Origin: Gammaproteobacteria bacterium
GTDB lineage: Bacteria; Pseudomonadota; Gammaproteobacteria; Eutrophobiales; Eutrophobiaceae
Assembly (NCBI GenBank): GCA_965243205.1
Contig: CBDEUK010000002.1
Location: forward strand, 1,152,001 to 1,216,000
DNA length: 64,000 nucleotides
Reading direction: 5' to 3'
The notes under the pieces are model-generated. The model was not told the DNA's origin and made no database searches. It saw only the letters and a program-made list of their open reading frames with translations. Shown piece after piece: positions 9,336 through 19,319 of the stretch (the stretch's first letter is position 1; every line of letters starts with the position of its first letter). The translations under genes were made by a program, and so were the position numbers.

Positions 9336-10412
9336 ATGGGTCTTGAAACCCAAAAAATTGCTCGCGAAGCTGTTGCCGAATTTGCCAAGCCGAATGATGG
9401 CCTTGCATATTTAATCCTGATTACGGATTTAGTCATATATGGTATATCGGTGTATTTCGCTGTGGTCAGCGAATCTTTAATGCTTAAAATTGGTAACGCC
9501 TCTTTAGCAGGATTTATGATTTCTCAGTTATTTGTGATTGGTCATGATGCAGCTCATCAAGCTTATGTTTGCAGTTCTTGGATGAATGCTTTTATTGGAA
9601 GACTTAGTTTTTTACCTTCTTTGCATAACTATAGCTTATGGATAGAGGCACACAATAAAGCACATCATAGCTATCCCAATGTAAAAGGTATGAATTCGTG
9701 GTGGCCTTTAAGTTTTGATGATTTCAAAAACTTATCTGCGTTTCAAAAAATTGTTTACCGACTCTATCGAAGTAGTATTGGTTTCGGCATTTATTATATT
9801 TTTGAACGTTGGTTGCCTGATAAATTCTTCCCTCGTAAACATCTACCTGAATCATGTCATTTCGAAGGCTGGAAAGATTTTATTTTGTTGTTTACTTATA
9901 TTGTATTATTCACATGTTTGCTCATTGCGTTAGCCAATTCCTCTAATCAAGGTTCCCTATCAGCAATTTTATTTGGCGCAATCATTCCTTTCGTTATTTG
10001 GAATTATGCGATGGGTTTAACCATCTATCAGCATCATACTCATCCTAAAATTAGATGGTATGCAACAATAGAAGAATGGAGAGAGTCTTTAAGTAATCAA
10101 GGTGAAGTCACTGTCTATGTGAAATATCCTGGTTGGTATAATTTTATAACTCATTACATATATGTACATCCTACTCACCACGTGAATACGAAAGTACCAA
10201 TTTATCATTTAACAAAAGCAGAGCAAGCATTAGAAGCTAAGTTACCAGAATCCATTTTAGTTATTCCGTTTAACCTATTTGATTTCATCAAAACTGTTCA
10301 TGTATGCAAACTTTATGATTACAAAGAACATCAATGGTTAAACTTTGATGGGACACCGAGTACTCAATTCATCAGTAAAACGAAACAAAACTTAGAGCAA
10401 TCTATTGCATAG
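9336..10412 (+). CDS. Membrane fatty acid desaturase
   Basis: Three His boxes HDAAH, HNKAHH and HPTHH, plus QHHTHP; TM helices. Confidence 0.92.
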   Translation: MGLETQKIAREAVAEFAKPNDGLAYLILITDLVIYGISVYFAVVSESLMLKIGNASLAGFMISQLFVIGHDAAHQAYVCSSWMNAFIGRLSFLPSLHNYSLWIEAHNKAHHSYPNVKGMNSWWPLSFDDFKNLSAFQKIVYRLYRSSIGFGIYYIFERWLPDKFFPRKHLPESCHFEGWKDFILLFTYIVLFTCLLIALANSSNQGSLSAILFGAIIPFVIWNYAMGLTIYQHHTHPKIRWYATIEEWRESLSNQGEVTVYVKYPGWYNFITHYIYVHPTHHVNTKVPIYHLTKAEQALEAKLPESILVIPFNLFDFIKTVHVCKLYDYKEHQWLNFDGTPSTQFISKTKQNLEQSIA

Positions 10413-10438
10413 ACTGAAAAAAGATATTTAAAAATACT

Positions 10439-10472
10439 AAAACCCACTTATCTACACAGACATGTGGGTTTT
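10439..10472. terminator. Bidirectional terminator-like hairpin
   Basis: AAAACCCAC...GTGGGTTTT between convergent genes. Confidence 0.6.
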
Positions 10473-10490
10473 GTTTATAGATACAATAAA

Positions 10491-11261
10491 TTAACTTTTT
10501 CGAATAGTGACTAGTGCAGCCAATGCTGTGATAAACATCCACATAGCAGGGGGTAACGGCACAGGACTATTATTTGAAATCACTTCTGTATAAGTAAAGG
10601 CTGAAAAATTAAGAACATCACCGGCTTCAACAGGTATCGCTAATGCTAAAATACCCGAGTCTTGTGAGGAAGATTCACCACCACCAACATCTGTATAAAC
10701 GTTAGCTGATGCATCAAAGTTTTTTGCTACTCCAGAATTTTCAACTGTCACTGAAAATCCTAAAACCGAATATGCTTCATAAAGCAAAGAATCTGTTACT
10801 TCAGCTAATAAACTATAACTCGCTGTTAACAACAGAATGTTAGTTCCTGTTGCTGTAATAGTAGCTTCCCGATATGATCCTCCGGTAATAATTGAACCAA
10901 CAGAAGACACTAGTTCACTACTACTCGATAACTCAGTAGCAGATCCATTTGCTGAAGAGATAGCCGTTGTAAAATTTGCATCAGAATAATTAATATTCGC
11001 ATCGATTGCAGTAGACCAATCAGAAATTGATGCAAAATCCGTATCTAACGATCCTAATTCATCTTCTAATTCAACAGATACTCCTGTTTCTTCATTTTCG
11101 GTAGAGGCAACTCCACCAAAAATAAAATTTAATGATAATGAGCCCCAATCAATATTTGCAATCGCTTGGTTAGTAGTAACAGCGGCATTAGTTGATTGAC
11201 TAAAAAGATTAAAAAATAAAAGACATGCTATAAGTTTTAGATTCAATTCAAGACGTTCCAT
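10491..11261 (-). CDS. Acidic Ser/Thr-rich secreted protein with VPLPP-CTERM signal
   Basis: Signal peptide ending TNA; C-terminus VPLPPAMWMFITALAALVTIRKS. Confidence 0.83.
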   Translation of the reverse strand: MERLELNLKLIACLLFFNLFSQSTNAAVTTNQAIANIDWGSLSLNFIFGGVASTENEETGVSVELEDELGSLDTDFASISDWSTAIDANINYSDANFTTAISSANGSATELSSSSELVSSVGSIITGGSYREATITATGTNILLLTASYSLLAEVTDSLLYEAYSVLGFSVTVENSGVAKNFDASANVYTDVGGGESSSQDSGILALAIPVEAGDVLNFSAFTYTEVISNNSPVPLPPAMWMFITALAALVTIRKS

Positions 11262-11300
11262 TTTTTCCTCACATATAAAATACAGACTTCAGACTGATTA

Positions 11301-11327
11301 ATGTCGACAAAACAACAATAATCTTTA
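11301..11327 (-). promoter_or_regulatory. Putative sigma-28 promoter
   Basis: Minus strand TAAA-GATTATTGTTGTTTT(15)-GTCGACAT, 40 nt upstream of the 11261 start. Confidence 0.55.
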
Positions 11328-11474
11328 GTTTTTTTGATACGAGCGCCTTATAGAATTATGTTTTATATAATAAAGCGCTATGAGAAGAGCAAAAAATAGA
11401 CCATTCAATGATTAATTAAGTTGAATATTATTTGATATACTTAAATTCTTTAATGAAAAGAAGAATTAACAAGA

Positions 11475-12527
11475 ATGTTCGATATTGATGATACTAGAAT
11501 TGCCGATGTAAGGCCGTTATTGCCGCCCGCTATTTTATTAGAAGAGCTACCCATTCCTGAGAAATCAGAATCTCTAGTAGCAAGTTCACGTGAAATTATG
11601 GGTAATATCATGCTAGGAAACGATGATCGCGTACTGGTTATTGTCGGCCCATGTTCGATTCATGACACTGAAGCCGCAATGGAATTCGCGAATAAATTAA
11701 AGCCATATGCAGAACAATTTAAGAATGAATTATTCATTTGTATGCGTACCTATTTTGAAAAGCCTCGTACAGTCGTCGGCTGGAAAGGTTTAATTAATGA
11801 TCCTGATATCGATGGCAGTTTTAATATTAATAAAGGCCTAAGAAAAGCCAGAAAATTGTTACTGGATGTTCTAGAAATAGGGTTACCGACTGGTACTGAA
11901 TTTCTAGATACCATTATTCCTCAATATATAGCAGATGCGATTTCCTGGGCTGCAATTGGAGCAAGGACAACAGAAAGCCAAGTACATCGTGAATTGGCTT
12001 CAGGTCTATCAATGCCAGTAGGATTTAAAAACGCAACGAGTGGTGATGTACAAATTGCGATAGATGCTGTTCGTTCTGCACGGCATGGTCATTGGTTTCC
12101 TTCGGTAACCAAGCAAGGTGTTTCTGCTATTTTTTCTACCACAGGTAACCCAACAGCGCATGTGATTTTACGTGGCGGTAATATCACGGGGCCCAATTAT
12201 GATGCTAAAAGCCTAGAAGAAGTAACTAATAAACTTTCTGCTGTTGAATTAGCCGAACAAATAGTGATCGATTGCAGTCATGGCAATAGCAATAAAGATT
12301 TTACCAAACAACCGATAGTAGCAAATGCCCTAGCTGAACAAATTTCCAATGGCAATAAAAGCATTGCTGGACTCATGTTAGAAAGTCATCTAGTAGAAGG
12401 TCGACAAGACTATAAAACAGATACTAACAATACCTATGGCCAAAGCATTACCGATGCTTGTTTAGGCTTTGAAGAAACCATTCCAGTCTTAGAATCTTTA
12501 GCCGATGCTGTTAAACAAAGAAGATAA
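11475..12527 (+). CDS. Class I DAHP synthase (AroF/G/H family)
   Basis: GPCSIHD, YFEKPRTVVGWKGLINDP, GARTTESQVHRELASGLS, DCSHGNS, YGQSITDAC. Confidence 0.96.
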   Translation: MFDIDDTRIADVRPLLPPAILLEELPIPEKSESLVASSREIMGNIMLGNDDRVLVIVGPCSIHDTEAAMEFANKLKPYAEQFKNELFICMRTYFEKPRTVVGWKGLINDPDIDGSFNINKGLRKARKLLLDVLEIGLPTGTEFLDTIIPQYIADAISWAAIGARTTESQVHRELASGLSMPVGFKNATSGDVQIAIDAVRSARHGHWFPSVTKQGVSAIFSTTGNPTAHVILRGGNITGPNYDAKSLEEVTNKLSAVELAEQIVIDCSHGNSNKDFTKQPIVANALAEQISNGNKSIAGLMLESHLVEGRQDYKTDTNNTYGQSITDACLGFEETIPVLESLADAVKQRR

Positions 12528-12548
12528 CTGTAACCTTATTGCAATCTT

Positions 12549-13283
12549 TCAAATAGCTTTACTCTGAACTCTACGAAGTCCAACTAAAGCGCATAGTAAT
12601 AACCAAAACGCTGCGGGTATTGGGACTGGGGTGCTGATAGCATTTCCTGAGATAGTTATATTATCAAATGCAATATCCTCATCACTTGCATCAAAATTAT
12701 TAAGTACCAACTCAAGCGTTAACTGGGCACCTGTACCATTAATATCCAAAGTATATTGAGTAAAAATATTTGTTAAATTAAAACCATCTCCTATACCATC
12801 GAAATCCATATCTTGAGAAGGTTCTGTATTGGTTGCTCCAGATGATTCGAATGCAAGTAGATTTTGTGCTGTGCCTCCATCAATACTGTATCGAGCCAGA
12901 AAAGAAGTCGAAGCATCCCAATCTTCTAAGGCATCACTCGCATCATCTTCAGCAAATAAACCTGAAAACTGCAAATCTACAAAACCCGTAATATCAACAA
13001 TAAACGTCAGTATTCCTTCATCTGCAGCTTCAGGTAATGCATCCGTATCCATTGCTGCAAAATAACCCTCGCCTTGTTGATTATCAAACTCGACTACAGA
13101 TGAGATAGATAAACCATTGGGCGCTATTCGGCCAAAATAATCCAAATCAGTATCCGATGCTTCTGTTATGTTAGTTGTATAAGTTGTTATTGGATTTTCA
13201 AAATCTTCGAATAATAAAATTTCTGCTGTAGAAACTTGACCATAAAAAAATATAATTAAAAATGAGATAGCTTGCTTTGACAT
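12549..13283 (-). CDS. Acidic secreted protein with VPIPA-CTERM signal
   Basis: Signal peptide; DMDFDGIGDG acidic loop; C-terminus VPIPAAFWLLLCALVGLRRVQSKAI. Confidence 0.83.
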   Translation of the reverse strand: MSKQAISFLIIFFYGQVSTAEILLFEDFENPITTYTTNITEASDTDLDYFGRIAPNGLSISSVVEFDNQQGEGYFAAMDTDALPEAADEGILTFIVDITGFVDLQFSGLFAEDDASDALEDWDASTSFLARYSIDGGTAQNLLAFESSGATNTEPSQDMDFDGIGDGFNLTNIFTQYTLDINGTGAQLTLELVLNNFDASDEDIAFDNITISGNAISTPVPIPAAFWLLLCALVGLRRVQSKAI

Positions 13284-13395
13284 ATTTCCACTCCTTGTTT
13301 ATTGGATGAATTTCCTATTTCGAATTCACTTTAGAAATAACACTAAAAAAATACAATCACTCATATGGGTGAATATTATGTGTTAGAATCTTCTA

Positions 13396-13665
13396 ATGAA
13401 TTCAGAACAGAAACGAAAACTAAAACAACGTTGTCATAACTTAAAACCCGTGGTTTGGATTGGTCAAAATGGCTTAACAGAGAATGTGTTGAGTGAAATC
13501 AACCAAGCATTGGATACTCATGAACTGATTAAAATTAAAATCGCTTCGGGCGATAAATCGATTAAAAACGATATCTCAAAAAATATCTGTAATGAAATGA
13601 ATGCGGAACTTGTCCAGGGCATTGGCAACATGTACTCGTTTTATCGAGAAAACCCAGACAAATAA
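13396..13665 (+). CDS. yhbY: YhbY (CRM domain) RNA-binding protein
   Basis: LKPVVWIGQNGLT, ALDTHELIKIK, VQGIG...YR. Confidence 0.92.
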   Translation: MNSEQKRKLKQRCHNLKPVVWIGQNGLTENVLSEINQALDTHELIKIKIASGDKSIKNDISKNICNEMNAELVQGIGNMYSFYRENPDK

Positions 13666-13728
13666 CGACCTAAAATTCCCTCAAAAGTATTTTTCACTCC
13701 TAGCTAAGCCATTAATAATTAAAAATAT

Positions 13729-13755
13729 TAAAGCTAATTATTAATCGGTCGATAT
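13729..13755 (+). promoter_or_regulatory. Putative sigma-28 promoter
   Basis: TAAA-GCTAATTATTAATCG(15)-GTCGATAT, 39 nt upstream of the diguanylate cyclase start. Confidence 0.65.
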
Positions 13756-13794
13756 CAAAGGCAATATCTGTAAATTGCTTAAAGAAGTTCAAAT

Positions 13795-15312
13795 ATGGAA
13801 TCAAAAACACAACAAGACGTTCAGCAAGAAGTCTTATCTAACGTAGAATCAATCGAGTTCCAAACGTTTGCTGAAGATGCGCCTGTGATGCTTTGGTTAA
13901 CCAATGCTGAAGGTAAAAATATTTTTTCCAATGCCAAATGGCAAAATTTCATTGGTCGTGATCTGGTCAGAAACTTAGGCGGCAAAGCTTGGTACGATGC
14001 TCTTCATCCGGATGATAGAGAGTTCTGCTTAAATATATTTAAAGATGCGTTTGATACACATAAATCATTTGAAATGGAATATCGAATCCGTCGCCGTGAT
14101 GGCGTGTATCGATATATGTTGGATCTAGGACAACCTTATATAGAAAAGAAAACCGGAAAATTTGCAGGCTTTATTGGTTCTTCAACCGATATATCTGATC
14201 AAAAGTTTTCTGAAGAGGAAATCACTAAATCACATAATGAATTAATTCAATACAATCAAGAAATGCGACTGGTTAACCAGTTGAACTCTTATTTACAAGT
14301 ATGTCGTACATTAAAGGAAACTTATCCGGTTATTTCTCATTATATGAGCAAAGTGTTTCCAGACTGCTCCGGAGCATTATTTTTATTTAATGAGAATAGA
14401 ACATTGGTAGAATCCGTGACTGAATGGGGTAATCCTGTAAATAAAAACTCTCCTGTCATAGCTGCGGATGATTGTTGGTCTTTGCGTCAAGGTAAAGAAC
14501 ATATTGTTTTAGATACTGATCAAAAATTATGCTGTAAACATATAGAAACAAATAAAGGAAGAAGTTACACATGTGTTCCTATCATTGCTCAAGGCGAAAT
14601 GATGGGTATGTTGCATATAGAATTTGGCAACACTGAAGAACTAGAAACTCAGGAAGATCTTGAACGATATTATGAATCACGCCAGCGTTTAATTATGATC
14701 AGTGCAGATAACTTGGCTTTATCATTAGTCAGTTTGAAACTTCGCGAAGCATTAAAAAACCAATCTATTCGTGATCCATTAACTAAACTTTATAATCGTC
14801 GCTACATGGAAGAAAGCCTTGAAAGAGAAATGACACGTTGTATGCGTTCAGAGCAAGGGATGGGAATCATCATGTGTGATATTGATCATTTTAAAACATT
14901 TAATGATGAATACGGACATGATGCTGGTGATCTAGTTTTAGTTGAAGTTGCCAAGTTTATTAGCGATTTTTTCAGAGAATACGATATTGTTTGTCGTTAT
15001 GGTGGCGAAGAAATTATTATCATTATGCCTAATTCAGAACAAAAATCAGTGGAAGAACGTGCAAACAAAATTTGCGAAGGTTTGCGTGAATTAGAAATTA
15101 TTTACGCGGGTAAACCATTACCTAAAATTACAGCATCATTTGGTATCTCACATCAACCTACAAATGGTGAACAAGCCAATGTATTACTAAAAGCTGCTGA
15201 CTCTGCATTATACGATGCAAAGAATGGTGGACGAGATCAAGTCGTTGCTGCGAAAGTTATTAACAACCGTAGAAAAATAACTAAAACAAAACTACAAAAA
15301 AAGGCGAGTTAA
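13795..15312 (+). CDS. PAS-GAF-GGDEF diguanylate cyclase
   Basis: PAS (LHPDD, EYRIRRRDG), GAF (DCWSLRQG, CVPIIAQGE), DPLTKLYNRR, DIDHFK, REYD I-site, GGEEI. Confidence 0.92.
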   Translation: MESKTQQDVQQEVLSNVESIEFQTFAEDAPVMLWLTNAEGKNIFSNAKWQNFIGRDLVRNLGGKAWYDALHPDDREFCLNIFKDAFDTHKSFEMEYRIRRRDGVYRYMLDLGQPYIEKKTGKFAGFIGSSTDISDQKFSEEEITKSHNELIQYNQEMRLVNQLNSYLQVCRTLKETYPVISHYMSKVFPDCSGALFLFNENRTLVESVTEWGNPVNKNSPVIAADDCWSLRQGKEHIVLDTDQKLCCKHIETNKGRSYTCVPIIAQGEMMGMLHIEFGNTEELETQEDLERYYESRQRLIMISADNLALSLVSLKLREALKNQSIRDPLTKLYNRRYMEESLEREMTRCMRSEQGMGIIMCDIDHFKTFNDEYGHDAGDLVLVEVAKFISDFFREYDIVCRYGGEEIIIIMPNSEQKSVEERANKICEGLRELEIIYAGKPLPKITASFGISHQPTNGEQANVLLKAADSALYDAKNGGRDQVVAAKVINNRRKITKTKLQKKAS

Positions 15313-16160
15313 TTTTTATTTTCTTGATTGGATATTTTTAATAAAAGACCATCCATCAACTTTTCAGGCAACAATCGTTTTAAATACGCAAAGGCATAAG
15401 TGGGTTTAGTCACATAATATCTTGGTTTAGGATATTTACTTTGTAAGGCGTGAATCACTTTTTCAGCCACAATATCTGCATCTAGAGTAAACGGCGCAGC
15501 ATCACCCTCTTTCTGTAATTTTTTTTCTATGCCTTCATATGTTTCTTTATGTGGGCTTGTTTGCTTGTTGATGTGTTTTTCATACATCTTCATTGCATTA
15601 TCACGAAATTTACTTCGAATAGGTCCTGGCTCTATTAAGGAAACAAAAATATTGCTGCCGGCTAACTCTAAACGCATGGTGTCACTTAAACCTTCTAACG
15701 CGTACTTACTGGCGATATACGCTCCTCGATATTTCAAAGCAATAAAACCTAATACTGAACTATTCTGAATAATGCGCCCTTGTTCTTGTTGTCGCATCAC
15801 AGGTAAAATTAAATTCGTTAATTCTTGTGTACCAAAGACATTCGTTTCGAATTGTTCTTTTAATGCTGTTCTAGATAAATCTTCTACTGCACCTGGTTGT
15901 CCATAAGCGCCATTGTTAAATAAACCATAAATTTTATGATCGGTTTTTTGTAAAATATTATCTACAGCAGTTTGAATTGATATAGGATTGGCTAAATCTA
16001 ACTGTTCTGATTCGAAACCTTGTTCTAATAAATTTTCAACATCTTGATGGTTTCTTGCGGTCGCAAATACTCGGTACCCTTGTTGCTTCAATATCTTTGC
16101 AGTAACTAAACCTATACCGCTCGAGCATCCAGTAATAACAACCGTCTTTTGCATACTCAA
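15309..16160 (-). CDS. Short-chain dehydrogenase (YbbO-like)
   Basis: TGCSSGIG, NNGAYG, YIASK; start overlaps the RND stop. Confidence 0.92.
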   Translation of the reverse strand: MSMQKTVVITGCSSGIGLVTAKILKQQGYRVFATARNHQDVENLLEQGFESEQLDLANPISIQTAVDNILQKTDHKIYGLFNNGAYGQPGAVEDLSRTALKEQFETNVFGTQELTNLILPVMRQQEQGRIIQNSSVLGFIALKYRGAYIASKYALEGLSDTMRLELAGSNIFVSLIEPGPIRSKFRDNAMKMYEKHINKQTSPHKETYEGIEKKLQKEGDAAPFTLDADIVAEKVIHALQSKYPKPRYYVTKPTYAFAYLKRLLPEKLMDGLLLKISNQENKN

Positions 16161-19100
16161 TGCTCCAATAAAGCTTTATTGTCAGATTGATATTCACCTA
16201 ACAATCGATGGCGAATATCATCAGCAATTAAATAAAAACATGGTAAGACTAATAAAATTAAAACAGTAGCAAACAATAACCCAAAACCTAAACTAACAGC
16301 CATTGGTGATAGAAAGGCTGTTTGTCCTGTAGCAAAAAATATCAACGGTGAAACACCAAGAAAAGTAGTAATCGTTGTTAATAAAATAGGTCTAGCACGA
16401 ACTTTACCTGCATCTATGACGGCTTGTATTCTCTCTATGCCTTCTGAGCGTAAACGTTTTATAAAATCGACAAGTATTAAAGAATCATTGACGATAATTC
16501 CCGATAACGCTAACACACCCACTGCAGATAAAAACTGCAAGTTATAATCAAATATCGCATGCCCAATAACTACACCTATGAGCCCAAACGGAATCGCTAT
16601 CATAATAACTATCGGATCAACTAGAGAACGAAACAATGCCGTTAACATAAAAAAGATTAATGCTAATGAAATGATCAGCGCCTGAAACATTCCACTAAAA
16701 GATTCTTCTGCGTCTTTCTTTTCGCCAAGATATAGCAAACGATAACCTTGCTGTTTTTCGCCACCAAATGCTTCTTCTATTTTTTCTGTTACTTGAATAC
16801 CTGTTATAACAGTACTATCTACTTCGCCAGTTATCTTTGCCATTCTTTGAGAATCACGACGACTAATTTTATTTAGCCCGCGATCAATAGAGATTGTCGC
16901 AACATCGCCTAAATAAACCGTCTCACCAGAAGGCAAAACAACAGGTAGTTTTTCAATACTGGAAGAATGTTTACGTGTTTCTTCATCGAAGATTACTCGA
17001 ACGGGAATACGTTTTTCGTTCCATGTCACATACACCACCTCATTACCAATAAAACCTGTACGTACTACATTTGATAATTGGGATTGTGTTAAACCTAATC
17101 GTTTACCACGTTCATTCAATTCATATTTATACTCAAGCTTTCCAGGTTCTTGATCATGTTGAATATCTTGTGTTCCAGGAAGACGTTGTAAGTATTCTTT
17201 AATTTCATCTGCTTTGTCTTTTAATAACGTCAAATCAGAACCTACAATACCAACTTCAATATCTGCTCCTGCAGGACCAGCTTCAGTCTTTTGAACATTG
17301 ATCCTTTGAATGCTAGGAACCTTAGATAATTCTTCACGAATATCAGAAATAATCTCATCAGAAGGTTTTTCCCTTGTGCCAAAATTTGAAAAATTTAAAC
17401 TGACTAAAGGCGTAATAAAATTTTCTATAAAACCTTGTGCAACTGGTTTTTCTAAATCAACAATAAATTGAATTTGATTACTGCCAAATTTAAAACGATT
17501 AAAATCAACAAACGTTAAGCCTACATTAGTAACCAAAGTTTTTAAGTCGTTATCATCAATCACCTCAAACAAGGTTTGTTCTAATTCTGATGCTAGTTCT
17601 AAGCTATCATCTAAACTATAAGTGTTCGGTGTTTCTACGTTAACAAAAAACTGTCCACTCTCAACATCACCAAATAATTGAAATGGCAAGCGTGTCTGAG
17701 CATAAGTTAGACTGATTGCTAAAATACCAATAACTAAAACAGAAACGAAATAGCGATTCATAACCGACCATTTTAATAAGACTGCGTATTTATCTAAAAT
17801 ACGTTTCCAACCCCAACCTGTTTCATTGGTTCTGACAACTTTTAAATAATGTCCTGCATGAGATGGTAGAACGATAAACGCTTCTAATAATGAACCCAAT
17901 AGAGCACAACAAACAACCACAGGAATAACTTTGATAAACTCACCCAATGTACTTCCTATAGCAAACATAGGAAGAAAAGCGGCAATAGTCGTGAACGTCG
18001 AAACCACAACAGGCCAAAACACCTCATTTGATCCATTAAAAGCTGCTTGATATCGCTCTTCACCTTTCTCCATATGTCGATACACATTTTCAGTTACAAT
18101 AATCGCATCATCCACAATCATTCCTAATACTATTAAAAACGCGAATAGTGAAACCATGTTAATGGTGAAGCCCAGGTAATACAGTAAGATAATTGAGAAA
18201 AGAAAAGAAACAGGGATACCAAAGGCAGTAACAATTGCAACTCTTAGGTTAAGTAATAAATACAAAGAGATTAATACTAAGACTAAACCAATTAATCCAG
18301 ATGACATCACTGTATTTAAACGTGTCTTTACGTATACCGACATATCTGTGTGATATGAAACATCAACGCTTGCAGGGACACGTTGTTGTAGATCTTCTAC
18401 CAATTGTTTCATTTCTTCTGAAACTTGTATGGTTGAAGCAGCAGCCGTTTTAGTAACTGTTAAATTAACAGAAGGCTTACCATTGAAACGTGCAAAAGTA
18501 ATGGGTTCTTCAAAGCGACGCTCAACGTTAGCCACTTCACCTAAGGTTAATTGACCACCTTCATCATTGGCGCGCAAAACAATTTTATTTATTGCTCCTG
18601 GTTCTGGAGCAGCACCTATACCTCTTAAACGGATATCACCTTCAGTCGATTTAATCGAACCGCCTGGTTGATCGACCAAATTATTTCTAACCGACGATAA
18701 TACTAATTCAAGCGGAATGCCCAATGCAGATAGTTGATTAGGATCGATCGTTATCCAAATCTCCCATTCACGATCGCCAGCAACTCCTACACTAGCCACA
18801 CCATCTATGGTTAACATTTCTCTGCGAACATCTTCTGCTAATTCATATAACTCTGCTTTTGCAATGTCGCCAAACAATGTAACGGTGATAACAGGAAAGC
18901 GAGTACGAACTCTTGTTAACTCGGGTTCTTCTGCTATATCAGGCAGATCATCAATGCTATCTAATATGGTTTGTGCATCTCGTAAAAAATCATCAACGTT
19001 CGAACCAGGTTTAAGCCTGATAAAAATACTCGAGAAACCTTCATTACTATTCGAATTGATATAATCAATATCCTGAGTGTCTTCAAACTCTTGTTCCAAA

Positions 19101-19297
19101 GGCAAGGTTACTTGCTGTTCAACTTCTAATGGAGAAGCACCTTCAAAAATGGTTTCTATTTTTATCAGATCTAAATCAACCACAGGAAAAATTTCTTGCG
19201 GCAATAACTTCCAGCTAAAAATTCCCATGATCATCACTATGATTAAACTCATATTGATGATGAGTGGGTTATTGATCGAAAAACGTATAAAAGGCAT
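16157..19297 (-). CDS. RND efflux permease (AcrB/CzcA superfamily)
   Basis: 1046 aa; GMIVDDAIIVTEN, RARPILLTT; 12-TM pattern with two large periplasmic loops. Confidence 0.95.
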   Translation of the reverse strand: MPFIRFSINNPLIINMSLIIVMIMGIFSWKLLPQEIFPVVDLDLIKIETIFEGASPLEVEQQVTLPLEQEFEDTQDIDYINSNSNEGFSSIFIRLKPGSNVDDFLRDAQTILDSIDDLPDIAEEPELTRVRTRFPVITVTLFGDIAKAELYELAEDVRREMLTIDGVASVGVAGDREWEIWITIDPNQLSALGIPLELVLSSVRNNLVDQPGGSIKSTEGDIRLRGIGAAPEPGAINKIVLRANDEGGQLTLGEVANVERRFEEPITFARFNGKPSVNLTVTKTAAASTIQVSEEMKQLVEDLQQRVPASVDVSYHTDMSVYVKTRLNTVMSSGLIGLVLVLISLYLLLNLRVAIVTAFGIPVSFLFSIILLYYLGFTINMVSLFAFLIVLGMIVDDAIIVTENVYRHMEKGEERYQAAFNGSNEVFWPVVVSTFTTIAAFLPMFAIGSTLGEFIKVIPVVVCCALLGSLLEAFIVLPSHAGHYLKVVRTNETGWGWKRILDKYAVLLKWSVMNRYFVSVLVIGILAISLTYAQTRLPFQLFGDVESGQFFVNVETPNTYSLDDSLELASELEQTLFEVIDDNDLKTLVTNVGLTFVDFNRFKFGSNQIQFIVDLEKPVAQGFIENFITPLVSLNFSNFGTREKPSDEIISDIREELSKVPSIQRINVQKTEAGPAGADIEVGIVGSDLTLLKDKADEIKEYLQRLPGTQDIQHDQEPGKLEYKYELNERGKRLGLTQSQLSNVVRTGFIGNEVVYVTWNEKRIPVRVIFDEETRKHSSSIEKLPVVLPSGETVYLGDVATISIDRGLNKISRRDSQRMAKITGEVDSTVITGIQVTEKIEEAFGGEKQQGYRLLYLGEKKDAEESFSGMFQALIISLALIFFMLTALFRSLVDPIVIMIAIPFGLIGVVIGHAIFDYNLQFLSAVGVLALSGIIVNDSLILVDFIKRLRSEGIERIQAVIDAGKVRARPILLTTITTFLGVSPLIFFATGQTAFLSPMAVSLGFGLLFATVLILLVLPCFYLIADDIRHRLLGEYQSDNKALLEH

Positions 19298-19319
19298 TTA
19301 AATAAAATACAAAGAGAAG

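Noticed and set aside
5577-13400. Integrative island at the tmRNA 3' end
   Set aside because: No integrase, and I found no duplicated tmRNA 3' end; core genes (DAHP synthase, yhbY) are interleaved.
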